This document shows, piece by piece, positions 10,441-20,637 of a stretch of DNA of 64,000 bases. Position 1 is the first letter of the stretch. The number at the start of each line of letters is the position of its first letter. The position numbers and the translations under genes were made by a program. Below the pieces are notes generated by a model, which made no database searches, had not been told where the DNA came from, and worked only from the letters and a program-made list of their open reading frames with translations. Source of the stretch: a virus; the IMG/VR virus record IMGVR_UViG_3300043446_003110, one strand, 5' to 3'.

Positions 10441-11415
10441 TTAGACTGAAAGTTCTATTGTTTCTAATGTTAACCGCACAATCCCAGCATAAAAATTGCT
10501 GTTAATTAATTTCATATTTTGGACACTAGAATTTTTTAATCTGAGACTTCCACGTAAAAAATTATTTATTAGATCTGGATATCTCATGGCTCCAGAAACT
10601 GGAAAACCCATATAATCTAATGGAAAAGATCCACTAGAAGCTATTTGGTTGCTATTAAACATATATATAGTTTTATCATTTTGCAGTGAGATAATATCTA
10701 CTAATTTATTTCTGGTATATTCATCCTCGGCCAAACAATGGAAAAGAACATCAGTTTCTACCCATTGACCGCCGCCAAGTTGATATCCACGTAATGATCT
10801 TTTTGGTACTATTTCAACCGCTATAGTTGGTAGTTGAATTCTAGCTTCTGCTGGTATATCATATTTACCCTTATTTAATACTGCAAAATCTGGGCCTAGA
10901 TCCAAAGAAGAATATTGCACTTCTGCGAGCCAAGGTAGACTGTTAGCATAGACTACGTTTATATATTTATAACTAAATTCAGCTTGTACTAAACTGCCGG
11001 TGGGAATTGGATTATTGAATATTATTCTTCCATTATAATAGTCTACTTTATGAGCATATGTACCAGACGAACTAGACGGATGAAAAGTGCCGTTTACATA
11101 AACTCCAGAAATGCCGGGAATGGTATTGTTAGATCCAACTATTGGTGGTGGATTATATGATATTCCGCTTTGCCAAACCCAATTTTGTCTAAATCCTTCC
11201 CAAGCTTTTCCACTTGGATAAGAAGTATTTGACGATATTCTTAGTTTACTGGAGTCTATTCCTTGATTAGACAGTTCACCCAAGGTAACATTCATATAGT
11301 TACCCTTTTCAAGTAATGACCAATCTAAAAATTCAATTATATTATCTTGTAGTTCATTATTTAGAGTATTGTCGAATACACTATTAAATCCTTTTAAATT
11401 AAGATAATTACTCAT
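10441..11415 (-). CDS. Putative tail completion/terminator protein
   Basis: LPTIAVE...DVLFHCLAEDEYTRNKLVDII C-terminal pattern; immediately upstream of tail tube. Confidence 0.5.
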   Translation of the reverse strand: MSNYLNLKGFNSVFDNTLNNELQDNIIEFLDWSLLEKGNYMNVTLGELSNQGIDSSKLRISSNTSYPSGKAWEGFRQNWVWQSGISYNPPPIVGSNNTIPGISGVYVNGTFHPSSSSGTYAHKVDYYNGRIIFNNPIPTGSLVQAEFSYKYINVVYANSLPWLAEVQYSSLDLGPDFAVLNKGKYDIPAEARIQLPTIAVEIVPKRSLRGYQLGGGQWVETDVLFHCLAEDEYTRNKLVDIISLQNDKTIYMFNSNQIASSGSFPLDYMGFPVSGAMRYPDLINNFLRGSLRLKNSSVQNMKLINSNFYAGIVRLTLETIELSV

Positions 11416-12062
11416 TATGTATCCAATACCTTCTTAAATACTTTAGTAATTTCTTTTTCTTGGGTCGAACCTGATAAGGCTCTAGTAATAAAATTGTTTT
11501 TTTCAGTACCAGAATATTGCGGTGGAACTCTAAATCCCTTGCCGGATATCATATTACCAAGACCAGTTCTTCCAATGCCAGTTCTAGGGTTGTATTCATA
11601 TCCAACAACAATTATTTCGTCGCCACGTATTAACATCCATTCTAGCCAATGTAAATCTCCACCGGGAGCAAAGTTGGTAGCTTGATATATTGAATGCCCC
11701 TGCGGTAATCCCAATAAATTGATAAAATTATCTGGTTGAATACTTATCTCTAAACCGCCACCCTTTAATTTATTATTGTAAGTCTTGACAGATATGGATA
11801 TTGAATTTATAACAGAATCAATTATCGAATTCACTATAGATTGTGGAGATATGGTTATGCCAAATTGACCAACTAATTCTCTAGATAATAAAGCATTAAT
11901 TTCTGGCTGAGAATTAATCCAACTTGGTATCAAAGATTTGATTTCTTCTGTTATTTTATAGGCATTATTTCTAATAGCACTGTTGAATTGGTCTGATAAT
12001 GCAGATAAAATCATTCCTTCTATTTGTTTTTCACTGTCTAAAAGTTTTATAGATATGGTCAT
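11415..12062 (-). CDS. Putative neck/tail-completion protein
   Basis: WLEW...NFITRAL pattern; position in neck module; ATG 12062 overlaps upstream stop. Confidence 0.45.
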   Translation of the reverse strand: MTISIKLLDSEKQIEGMILSALSDQFNSAIRNNAYKITEEIKSLIPSWINSQPEINALLSRELVGQFGITISPQSIVNSIIDSVINSISISVKTYNNKLKGGGLEISIQPDNFINLLGLPQGHSIYQATNFAPGGDLHWLEWMLIRGDEIIVVGYEYNPRTGIGRTGLGNMISGKGFRVPPQYSGTEKNNFITRALSGSTQEKEITKVFKKVLDT

Positions 12063-12541
12063 ACTCGACTCCATAAACATGAAAAATATCTATTTTGTCT
12101 TAATCCCATTGGAATATGTTCGCCCATTCTTTGAAATCTCATTTGTTTGATATCCAACAAATCTTTATTTACTATTAATGCTTTTGCTTTTAGTATTTTC
12201 GGAAGATCGGACATAAATCCTATGGTCTGTATTACATTATCGGGAACTTGTATTGCGCCCGTAACATTGATCCACTCTTTTGGATTCCAATAAACTTTGA
12301 GTTTAATATCAGTTAAGATTTCTACTTCTTTTATGATTTTATTGCCTCTTTCATAATCTCCATCACGAAGGCGATGAACATTAATAGAATTTTTTTCTGG
12401 AATATTGTTATGTGGACTATAAATAACTTCTTCTACTTTATCAACAGAAACTAATTGACACATAATTCCAAAAATATCAAATGTTGAATCAATAACGTCA
12501 TAATATTTATCGAATACGCTCTCTGGCACATTTACTGGCAT
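12059..12541 (-). CDS. Putative head closure/head-tail joining protein
   Basis: 160 aa; size and position in neck module. Confidence 0.4.
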   Translation of the reverse strand: MPVNVPESVFDKYYDVIDSTFDIFGIMCQLVSVDKVEEVIYSPHNNIPEKNSINVHRLRDGDYERGNKIIKEVEILTDIKLKVYWNPKEWINVTGAIQVPDNVIQTIGFMSDLPKILKAKALIVNKDLLDIKQMRFQRMGEHIPMGLRQNRYFSCLWSRV

Positions 12542-12549
12542 AGTTGCAC

Positions 12550-13062
12550 CTATAGATTAATATTAATTGCTTCTAATTCTTCTACTGAAGTTGCGTTATT
12601 GATTAATTGCTTGATTGAAGCATAAGAATTACTTAAAGATGATCGGGCCTGACCGTATTGTAACATGAGCATCGTTAAATCTTGTAAATTCATAGAGTGA
12701 GATTGGCCGTCAATGTCAACTATACTGACGGGATCTGTGATACCCATAGCACTAGCTTCTTTAGCTAATGTAAAAGCTCCGTTTAGTAATGCCACATCAG
12801 AAATATCTATACCTAAATAATATCCTTCTGGAGTTTGCCAACCAGCATCTATTTTAATTTTCCAATTATTATCTAGAAGTTGTATTTTTTCTAATTTAGA
12901 TTTTGTTAAGGGCCATGTATTTACTAAATTATTAATTTCATTTAGTTGACTTTCATTTGGAAAATTATTATTATAATAACTTATCTCAATACCATCAGCC
13001 GATTCAGATAAAGATTCTATTGGTAGGATAGAATTAATCTTATTATATAGCGTATATAGCAT
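12550..13062 (-). CDS. DUF4376-like fibre-associated protein
   Basis: C-terminal INNATSVEELEAININL and SIVDIDGQSHSM patterns typical of fibre-adjacent proteins; follows a fibre gene. Confidence 0.5.
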   Translation of the reverse strand: MLYTLYNKINSILPIESLSESADGIEISYYNNNFPNESQLNEINNLVNTWPLTKSKLEKIQLLDNNWKIKIDAGWQTPEGYYLGIDISDVALLNGAFTLAKEASAMGITDPVSIVDIDGQSHSMNLQDLTMLMLQYGQARSSLSNSYASIKQLINNATSVEELEAININL

Positions 13063-14912
13063 TAACACCTCCAAGAAGTAGAAATTCCATTAGAATAATC
13101 TAAAACTAAATTGGGAGAATTTTTACCAGTTAATATTTTTTCTGCCATATAATATGTATTTAATCCAATTGGAACATGATGTGATAATGATCCACGAATT
13201 TGACTGTTTATATTGTCATTACTATCAGTAGATAAAATACCAATACTATATGATGTCGGCTCACTAAAACTAGAGTATGGATTATCTATTTCTGTAAGAT
13301 TAATTCTGCTATTATTAACAGTTAACATATAATTACTATTTGGAGTTAAAGATGATATATAGTATACAGAACCATTAACAGATATTGTATCCTCTTGAAT
13401 GCCACATAAAAGATTGATTGTCATGCTATTCAAAAAAGCAATATAGGTATTCGGTATTTCTCTCCAGACATTGGAAGGACAGGTCCAAGTTCTAGACAAT
13501 GTTCTTAAAGTAGAGTATGCCAACACTTGAGTTTTATTATAGTGATTATATATATATCTATAATTATTTATATTATGAAATTTATTGCCACCTGTCGGCG
13601 GATAACCCGGATATGTTATTGGCATAACTGATCCAATGTATCTTCTAGTATTATCGCCAGATTTTACATATACACCATCTTTTATGCCGAGTTGCGTGGC
13701 TCTTTGGGTTTGGTTAGACCAAGCTACTGATTCAAAAGATATTGCGTTATTGTCTAAATAAGCAAATATATCAAATATAATATTTGCTGGATTAACTGGT
13801 GATCCGGGGGCATATAGTGTACTAACCGTTTTTGCAACCATCGAATTAAAAGATACTTGTTGCCATGAAGATCCATTATATAATGATATAATATTTCCAT
13901 TATGTGGAACAAAATATATTGTATCAGAATACCCTTCAGCAACTGAGTTTGTAGGACTTATAGATAATCTTCCATAACAAACGTTGGTTGATAGATTTAT
14001 TGATGAAATATTATTATATACAACAGCAATTTGGTCATTCAGTGCGCCAGATACGGTATCTATTTTATTATTTAACACTCCAGAAATTTGTGTAGCGACT
14101 CCAGAAACAGTTTCTCCATTTATAGTAGTAAAATATAAAGAAGATAAGTCTGGCAAATCTTCTTTTATTAAATATCTAAAAGTAGGATAGTCTGGATCGC
14201 ACGATGGATTGCACAGACCGGATGGACCGGCAAATACCATTCCGGTATTTTGCTTTTTAAGTAATATATTTTGATTTACAATACCACTCAGTTGTAATAT
14301 AGATATAAGAGGAAAGGATAATTGATTGGGTTCAAAATGAACGAATTGTATTCCACCAGAATACGATGAAGTGCCATCATTGCCAGATGGAAAATATATT
14401 CCAGAATCTCCAACAAAAAAGCCAGATGATCTGATAATAGAGTTTGCACTTAATCCACCTATGTCAATAGCATAATATGGATTGGATTTGTTGATTCCTA
14501 TGTTTCCACGACCAGAATCCACTATAAACTTATTGCTGTAAGACAAAGAGTTAGATGAAGTCCAAAAAGCTATACCACTATTTTGTGGAACTGGACTTAA
14601 ACCAGATGTATTGAAAACAGCATTTGTAGCTGGATAATTTACATATATCTCTTTGGTGCCTTCTGAAAAATTAACTATATTATTGCTATTTGTGCTTTTT
14701 ACTGGAAATCTTTGTATAGCATTTGTTGCTGACAAATATACTCCAGACCCTAGCTCATAATTAGTTCCATCATTTATGACATAAAAAAAAGAATCATTAT
14801 TGGAATAACAAGATGAGAACGTAGTAAATCCACCAACAGCACCAGACAATATTGCATTGCCTGTGCCGATTACATAACTTAATTCTTTTACTCTGTCATG
14901 CAGTTTAATCAT
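13062..14912 (-). CDS. Virion structural/fibre protein
   Basis: 616 aa; N-terminal DRVKE...YELGSG...VNFSEGTKEIYV module; GNIGIN repeat; GRLS...RRYIGS module. Confidence 0.6.
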   Translation of the reverse strand: MIKLHDRVKELSYVIGTGNAILSGAVGGFTTFSSCYSNNDSFFYVINDGTNYELGSGVYLSATNAIQRFPVKSTNSNNIVNFSEGTKEIYVNYPATNAVFNTSGLSPVPQNSGIAFWTSSNSLSYSNKFIVDSGRGNIGINKSNPYYAIDIGGLSANSIIRSSGFFVGDSGIYFPSGNDGTSSYSGGIQFVHFEPNQLSFPLISILQLSGIVNQNILLKKQNTGMVFAGPSGLCNPSCDPDYPTFRYLIKEDLPDLSSLYFTTINGETVSGVATQISGVLNNKIDTVSGALNDQIAVVYNNISSINLSTNVCYGRLSISPTNSVAEGYSDTIYFVPHNGNIISLYNGSSWQQVSFNSMVAKTVSTLYAPGSPVNPANIIFDIFAYLDNNAISFESVAWSNQTQRATQLGIKDGVYVKSGDNTRRYIGSVMPITYPGYPPTGGNKFHNINNYRYIYNHYNKTQVLAYSTLRTLSRTWTCPSNVWREIPNTYIAFLNSMTINLLCGIQEDTISVNGSVYYISSLTPNSNYMLTVNNSRINLTEIDNPYSSFSEPTSYSIGILSTDSNDNINSQIRGSLSHHVPIGLNTYYMAEKILTGKNSPNLVLDYSNGISTSWRC

Positions 14913-14920
14913 ATTTTATG

Positions 14921-15892
14921 TTAAGCATTGTATGTTGGATTAATTACAACAAAATCTGCATATCCGCTTCCTGCTGGCTCTGTGCCAAACACAACTAAAT
15001 CATTGATTTTACCATCTAGATATGCTCCAACATCTTCTCCCATAACAACAAAGCTTATTGATCTTAGCTTAGTGGCGTCATCGCCAGTTCTATATGACAT
15101 AGCTACAGTATTTTCACTAAAATCTTCCATACTGCCAGCCAAACTCCTTCCATTACTGTGTCCTACTGCTACATAGTTATTATCTTTAAACACACCTGAG
15201 TTAAAAATAATAGTGAACTTACCAATATCTTGTTTTTTAATACCAGAAACATTGTAAGCATCTTTAACGACCGGCCTACCATCTCCACCAACTCCACTAG
15301 CTTCGAATCTAATCCAAGCTTTTGCGACACCTCTAGAAGAATTCATTACAGAGTTATCTTTTAAGAAAGTAAACTGAGTACCACTGCCAACATTGATATT
15401 TTCTTTTGATGATGAAAGATATCTAAACTGTAATCCTTTTCCAAGGGTTGTTTCTGCGTTTGAACTACCGCTTGAATTAATCCAGCAATTGCTAAATCCT
15501 ATATTACCAAGTTCAAAGACTCGGCTTCCATTTTTTGGAATGTATTGCGTATGTGGATCACCCTCGTCTAATTTATCTAAATCATTATGCTCTATATGTC
15601 CCGGACCCGGATATGCAACGGTTTGAAGACTATTACTATCATTAGCAAATCTGATGCCAGATTCCACAATGATCTGACCAGTACCATTGTCACCTATTGT
15701 TCTTTTTATAGTTATATTTTTTAAAAATGGATTGACATTGGTAAAATCTCCATTAGCAACAATATGATTTATAGAAGCAACAGTATCTAGTATACTATTT
15801 CTAACGTCGGCAGCAGATATTTCTCCAGCATTATTGTCTGCCAAAGCGATGCCAATGTCAGTTGTTAATTGTCCGCTAGTTTTAATAGGCAT
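14921..15892 (-). CDS. Virion structural/fibre protein
   Basis: N-terminal DNNAGEISAADVR; DPHTQY motif; C-terminal AKAWIRF...YNVSGI...GKFTIIF domain. Confidence 0.55.
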   Translation of the reverse strand: MPIKTSGQLTTDIGIALADNNAGEISAADVRNSILDTVASINHIVANGDFTNVNPFLKNITIKRTIGDNGTGQIIVESGIRFANDSNSLQTVAYPGPGHIEHNDLDKLDEGDPHTQYIPKNGSRVFELGNIGFSNCWINSSGSSNAETTLGKGLQFRYLSSSKENINVGSGTQFTFLKDNSVMNSSRGVAKAWIRFEASGVGGDGRPVVKDAYNVSGIKKQDIGKFTIIFNSGVFKDNNYVAVGHSNGRSLAGSMEDFSENTVAMSYRTGDDATKLRSISFVVMGEDVGAYLDGKINDLVVFGTEPAGSGYADFVVINPTYNA

Positions 15893-15904
15893 TGTAAATC
15901 TCCA

Positions 15905-16420
15905 TTAGTATCTGAAATAACCGCCTCTGGAATCATAATCACCATGAGTTCTAACAACGTAATCACTAGCGGGGCTGTATGGGCCAAGTATGGCGTGTCC
16001 AACAACGCTTCCGCCAGCGCGATAATCTAATAACATTTGTTTATATTTATCTGACAAATCTTTGTATAGAACTGATAGGGTAGAGGCTACTCCCCTTAAG
16101 TCTATAGCAGAAGGTCCATCTTTGATGGATATAGCATTAGAAGCTTCTGTCTTTAATTCACTACCAACAATAAAACAAGCAGTCTTGAGAGCAGATAAAT
16201 TTATGAAGGCATTATCTTTTATATCTACTGGGTCTGGGGACAAATTTCCATTGGCTATATCAATAGAATATGTTTCACCAAAATCAGTTTCTATGGTCAA
16301 AAGCTGCGCCCCTACAAGAATAGATGTTTCTATTCTTTCATCAGAATATTTATAATTAGACTGATCAACATCATTGATCAAATATCTGACTACAAGCGGT
16401 ATTTGACTTCGCCAAGACAT
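15905..16420 (-). CDS. Putative head-tail adaptor protein
   Basis: VRYLINDVD...YSDERI N-terminus, 171 aa; preceded by late promoter motif. Confidence 0.5.
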   Translation of the reverse strand: MSWRSQIPLVVRYLINDVDQSNYKYSDERIETSILVGAQLLTIETDFGETYSIDIANGNLSPDPVDIKDNAFINLSALKTACFIVGSELKTEASNAISIKDGPSAIDLRGVASTLSVLYKDLSDKYKQMLLDYRAGGSVVGHAILGPYSPASDYVVRTHGDYDSRGGYFRY

Positions 16421-16471
16421 AGAAATTCCCCGATTTAGTTATATATTCTTCTACTATAGTATACACTAAAA

Positions 16472-17071
16472 CTATATTGTATCTAATTCTTCGTCATTTT
16501 CTGGAATTGGTTCATTAGCTAGTAATTTGCGCGATTTTTTTATGGCTCTACCTACCAATAGTTTGCCTATAGTATCAATAAAAGGTAAATTTCTGCGATG
16601 CGCTTCATCTCTAAGCCACCCAACTATGGTATCTATATTTTGCTCACACCAATCGTTCCCTTTGTCATTCATTTCTAGAGCGTGGCGTTTACATGAACAA
16701 CTATCAGTTATTTGTATTCCTAAAGATTTAATCATTTTTGATAAAATAGTTCCGGGATGATTGGGATGTTCTTCTAAAGTTTTTGGATATAAAGATCGTA
16801 AATATTTTGATGGATCATCGCCAAGTAGTTCTGAAATTTTAGTTTCTGCTTGTGATTTAGTCCAATCTCCAATAAGATCATATTCATTTCCATTCCAAAT
16901 AGGTATGTTTAAAGGTAATCCTTGTATTTGTGCGCTAATTATTTTTGCTTTTGGATTGTCTATAAAAATAAAATGTAATTCATTTAGATTGAGTTCTGGT
17001 GGATTAAAGATTTGTCCAGAATTATCTGAATATGGAGGGGGTTGAATTTTTATACTGTTTGTTAATTTCAT
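16472..17071 (-). CDS. Hypothetical Cys-motif protein
   Basis: GTILSKMI...CSCKRHALEMNDKGNDWC motif. Confidence 0.65.
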   Translation of the reverse strand: MKLTNSIKIQPPPYSDNSGQIFNPPELNLNELHFIFIDNPKAKIISAQIQGLPLNIPIWNGNEYDLIGDWTKSQAETKISELLGDDPSKYLRSLYPKTLEEHPNHPGTILSKMIKSLGIQITDSCSCKRHALEMNDKGNDWCEQNIDTIVGWLRDEAHRRNLPFIDTIGKLLVGRAIKKSRKLLANEPIPENDEELDTI

Positions 17072-17085
17072 AATCTATTCCTTTT

Positions 17086-18480
17086 TTAGTTATACAAATA
17101 TTTTGAAATGCAACCTACATTGTAAGTATCTCCATAAAATTCGATTGGCGGATCGGGACATATACAGTACTCACCGTTGCAATCGGACTGATAGGTTTTG
17201 TAAAAACCAAATATGCCTTCTGGTCCTTGATTAGTTGTCCATATATATATACACGATTCTGTTACGCACGGATATGGGGTTGTGCTGGTTGAGGTCGAAG
17301 TACTAGTCGAGGTCGAAGTACTAGTCGAGGTCGAAGTACTAGTCGAGGTCGAAGTACTAGTCGAGGTCGAAGTACTAGTCGAGGTCGAAGTACTGGTTGA
17401 GGTCGAAGTGCTAGTGGAGGTAGTTGTTGTAATTGAATAACAAGGAACAGTTATTATATCTTTAACAGTACCTGTAACGTGGATATTAAAGCAATCGCAT
17501 CCATCAAGACAATTATTATCGAATAGCAAATGTACGTTTTGGAATTCAATCCATTGATATAAACAAGAGCCGCAAGGGTAGTCCCAAGGAGGATTAGTAG
17601 TGGATGTACTTGTCGTTGGATCAACTATAATTGTGGGACAAATAAAGTCATAAACAACTACGCCCAAAAAAGTGTTAAGTTCAGCATTAACGATCTTATA
17701 TGTTCCATTCAGATTAGAATAATTTCGACAAGTTATTTGAATTATGTCTCCAATACGAAGATTCAATGGAACAAATGGATTTAAAGAATAAAGAAAACCA
17801 CGTTGTGGATTTGGAAAATTTCTACTATTAATATAAGCCAGTTTAAAATCACCCCACCCTCTTCCGCCCGTACCTAGCACTCTTATAAAATCATTTCCAC
17901 CATCCTCGTATTGCCAACTGTCAAAACAAGCATAATTAGGTGGTATAGTAGTTGTGGTTGTAGATGTTATAGGAGAAATAGTTGTAGATGTTGTAGTAGG
18001 TCTATCTTTTACGCAAGGTATTTTGACAATATAGGATGAATTTAAACTAGTATTTGCCCCGCGACAACATGGATCAGAGTAAAAGTCGCATAAACTTTTT
18101 ATTGATACGGCAAATTTTTTCTCTGTAGATATATCAATATTATCTGTTTTTATGGATATTTTATCTTTTGTTATTGAATTTATATTTTGAGATCCAAGAT
18201 ATTCATCTGTAACATAATCATAAATAGAAATTTGGATATTATTTTTTAGATTATGATTTGATCCACTACCCCAATACAATTCGAATCCAAGAATATCAGA
18301 ATCAAAACTTTGTTTGCTTGTCGTAGTAACAAATTTTTGACCGCTGGAAACAATGCAAGTGATATTATGTACTAATTTTAGGTCAGTAGTTTTGTCGCCG
18401 TGGATAGCCATCAAGCCAAGGCCATTGGCTTGGTATTTAGTTCCAGATGGTATAAAAATTGATCCGCATGAGCAATTCAT
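17086..18480 (-). CDS. Cys-rich protein with Thr/Ser mucin-like linkers
   Basis: 464 aa with (TS)n tract and Cys-rich domains. Confidence 0.7.
   Translation of the reverse strand: MNCSCGSIFIPSGTKYQANGLGLMAIHGDKTTDLKLVHNITCIVSSGQKFVTTTSKQSFDSDILGFELYWGSGSNHNLKNNIQISIYDYVTDEYLGSQNINSITKDKISIKTDNIDISTEKKFAVSIKSLCDFYSDPCCRGANTSLNSSYIVKIPCVKDRPTTTSTTISPITSTTTTTIPPNYACFDSWQYEDGGNDFIRVLGTGGRGWGDFKLAYINSRNFPNPQRGFLYSLNPFVPLNLRIGDIIQITCRNYSNLNGTYKIVNAELNTFLGVVVYDFICPTIIVDPTTSTSTTNPPWDYPCGSCLYQWIEFQNVHLLFDNNCLDGCDCFNIHVTGTVKDIITVPCYSITTTTSTSTSTSTSTSTSTSTSTSTSTSTSTSTSTSTSTSTSTSTSTSTSTTPYPCVTESCIYIWTTNQGPEGIFGFYKTYQSDCNGEYCICPDPPIEFYGDTYNVGCISKYLYN
17283..17430. repeat. 18-bp coding tandem repeat (GAGGTCGAAGTACTAGTC)n encoding (TS)n
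   Basis: About 7 near-identical units seen directly. Confidence 0.95.
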
Positions 18481-18490
18481 AATTATACCT

Positions 18491-20620
18491 TTAGCAATCT
18501 TCTGATGGAATTACAATTACGCATGGTGGTGGACCTATTTCTATTGGATAAGATACATATGGATCTTCTACAATATATACATCAACACACAAGTATTCAG
18601 TATTGAGTTTATATATTGATAAATTAGTATTAATATAATTTTTAATCTCTGAAAAAGATAATGATGATGCTATTTTGATAGCCTCTTTCATATTTGCATC
18701 AACTCTATATATACTATTAGTAGGTATATTTTTGTAATAAATTGTTGAATCTTCGTCAAAAACAAAACAATACAAATTCATTGGATTGTTAGGAGTAGGA
18801 TTAAGACAACTATATTCTACGTTTATTGTAGAGCCTAGACAACGATCTTGATCCATAATTATTGCCGGTGTTTCATTTATAGTTGTACCATTTGTTATAT
18901 CGCACCTCAATCCCGGTCTGCAATCATATACAAATTCGATGGTAGCGTCCATTGGTATTTTTGGTTCATACCAAGATTCCTCATTAGAAAATTGATATAC
19001 ACCTCTAATATAGGAATCACAATCCCCAAGATATTGTCCGCTAGTTTGGTAAGAAAAGCCAAATTCATATGTTCCACTACTGCATACTTTATTAAATCCT
19101 CCATTTTCTATTGGTATGCTATAGTTAGGACAGCCCCTCAATTCGTGGGGATTTTTTAAATAAGTATTTTTATTATAAAGTCTGTCAACAACAATCCAAT
19201 CTTCATATGCCCACCTATAACGTATTGGTAATGTAAATCCAATAGATGCTTTATATCCAATACCATCTTGAGTTGATGGAGATTGTATAATTCTAATAGA
19301 ATATTTAGCTGGATATTTATATTCATGATCCTGCAAAGAATCATCTGTGTATACTTCTTGATAACAATTATTGTCATCGTATTCATCGAAAGCAATTAAA
19401 TACGTTGTTGGTGGATCATTAGTACTGCTCCACACGCATGGATTAATATGTGTATCGCTTAAAGATGAATTAAACAACCAATCATTTGGTCCTCCTAACC
19501 TATCAAATATATATGTGCCACTAAAAATAGGATCTGTAGGAATAACTAATTTTATTCTATTAGATACTCTAAATGTGGTTCGTGGATTTGCACATAATAA
19601 TCCAGACGCCTCCGGTGGAACAAGTGGGATATGATAGCTAGGAGGATCAGAAGGAAGAACAGGTTTATCGTAATAATATGGAGTAAAAGGAATATCTACT
19701 GAATAAGTTTTACTAATTCTATTTAACATATCTCCAGTGGGGGCATAACAATCATCATTATCAGCTACTTCTATACTATCCGAGCAATTACAATCTGAAA
19801 TTTTCCAAGATGTATTAGATAAAATAGGTGAACATGTTGTCGAAGTCGAAGTGCTAGTCGAGGTCGAAGTGCTAGTCGAGGTCGAAGTGCTAGTCGAGGT
19901 CGAAGTAATGGGCGGTGCAGTAGTAGAAGTACTAGTCGAGGTCGAAGTGCTAGTCGAGGTCGAAGTGCTAGTCGAGGTCGAAGTGCTAGTCGAGGTCGAA
20001 GTGCTAGTCGAGGTCGAAGTAATGGGCGGTGCAGTAGTAGAAGTACTAGTCGAGGTCGAAGTACTAGTCGAGGTCGAAGTACTAGTCGAGGTCGAAGTAC
20101 TAGTCGAGGTCGAAGTACTAGTCGAAGTCGAAGTACTGGTTGAAGTCGAAGTACTGGTCGAGGTGGAAGTGCTAGTTGAGGTCGAAGTAGTAGTACATGC
20201 TAATACCTCAACGTATATTACAAATGTATCTGAATCCAGTACTCTTTTTTGTAAATCTAGCGTATTTATAGTTACTGTATAGTATCTACTAGTTGCGCCA
20301 GCATTTAAAAAATTAAAAAACAATTCACTATTGTTTATTTTAAAGAAAGATCTATCTGGACCAGACAATGAAAAATTAAAATAATCACATGTAGAATTTA
20401 CTACAATGTCGGCTACTTTTATGTCTGTTGAGTCTAAAATATCAAATTTAAAAGTTGTTTTTTTTATTTGAAGATTACTTGCATAACAATCTGTTTGCGT
20501 TTCAGAAAGTGCAAAAAAATCTGTATCTATCTTTACTGGGGGAAGTGTTGTAGTTATGGGTTCAGCATATCTCACATACGGCAATGGATATTTAAAGCAT
20601 TGGTCAGGTGCGCGCCCCAT
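18491..20620 (-). CDS. Cys-rich protein with cadherin/Ig-like N-terminal domain and long (TS)n linker
   Basis: 709 aa; FSLSGPDRSFFKI...YTVTI cadherin-like pattern; about 120-aa TS tract. Confidence 0.65.
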   Translation of the reverse strand: MGRAPDQCFKYPLPYVRYAEPITTTLPPVKIDTDFFALSETQTDCYASNLQIKKTTFKFDILDSTDIKVADIVVNSTCDYFNFSLSGPDRSFFKINNSELFFNFLNAGATSRYYTVTINTLDLQKRVLDSDTFVIYVEVLACTTTSTSTSTSTSTSTSTSTSTSTSTSTSTSTSTSTSTSTSTSTSTSTSTSTSTTAPPITSTSTSTSTSTSTSTSTSTSTSTSTSTSTSTSTTAPPITSTSTSTSTSTSTSTSTSTSTSTTCSPILSNTSWKISDCNCSDSIEVADNDDCYAPTGDMLNRISKTYSVDIPFTPYYYDKPVLPSDPPSYHIPLVPPEASGLLCANPRTTFRVSNRIKLVIPTDPIFSGTYIFDRLGGPNDWLFNSSLSDTHINPCVWSSTNDPPTTYLIAFDEYDDNNCYQEVYTDDSLQDHEYKYPAKYSIRIIQSPSTQDGIGYKASIGFTLPIRYRWAYEDWIVVDRLYNKNTYLKNPHELRGCPNYSIPIENGGFNKVCSSGTYEFGFSYQTSGQYLGDCDSYIRGVYQFSNEESWYEPKIPMDATIEFVYDCRPGLRCDITNGTTINETPAIIMDQDRCLGSTINVEYSCLNPTPNNPMNLYCFVFDEDSTIYYKNIPTNSIYRVDANMKEAIKIASSLSFSEIKNYINTNLSIYKLNTEYLCVDVYIVEDPYVSYPIEIGPPPCVIVIPSEDC
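19835..20194. repeat. 18-bp coding tandem repeat, same unit as 17283-17430, with two APPI interruptions
   Basis: GAGGTCGAAGT(A/G)CTAGTC units seen directly. Confidence 0.95.
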
Positions 20621-20637
20621 AATTTATCCAATCTATA

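Noticed and set aside
19851-20282. + strand ORF of (VE)n repeats
   Set aside because: Antisense shadow of the 18-bp (TS)n repeat
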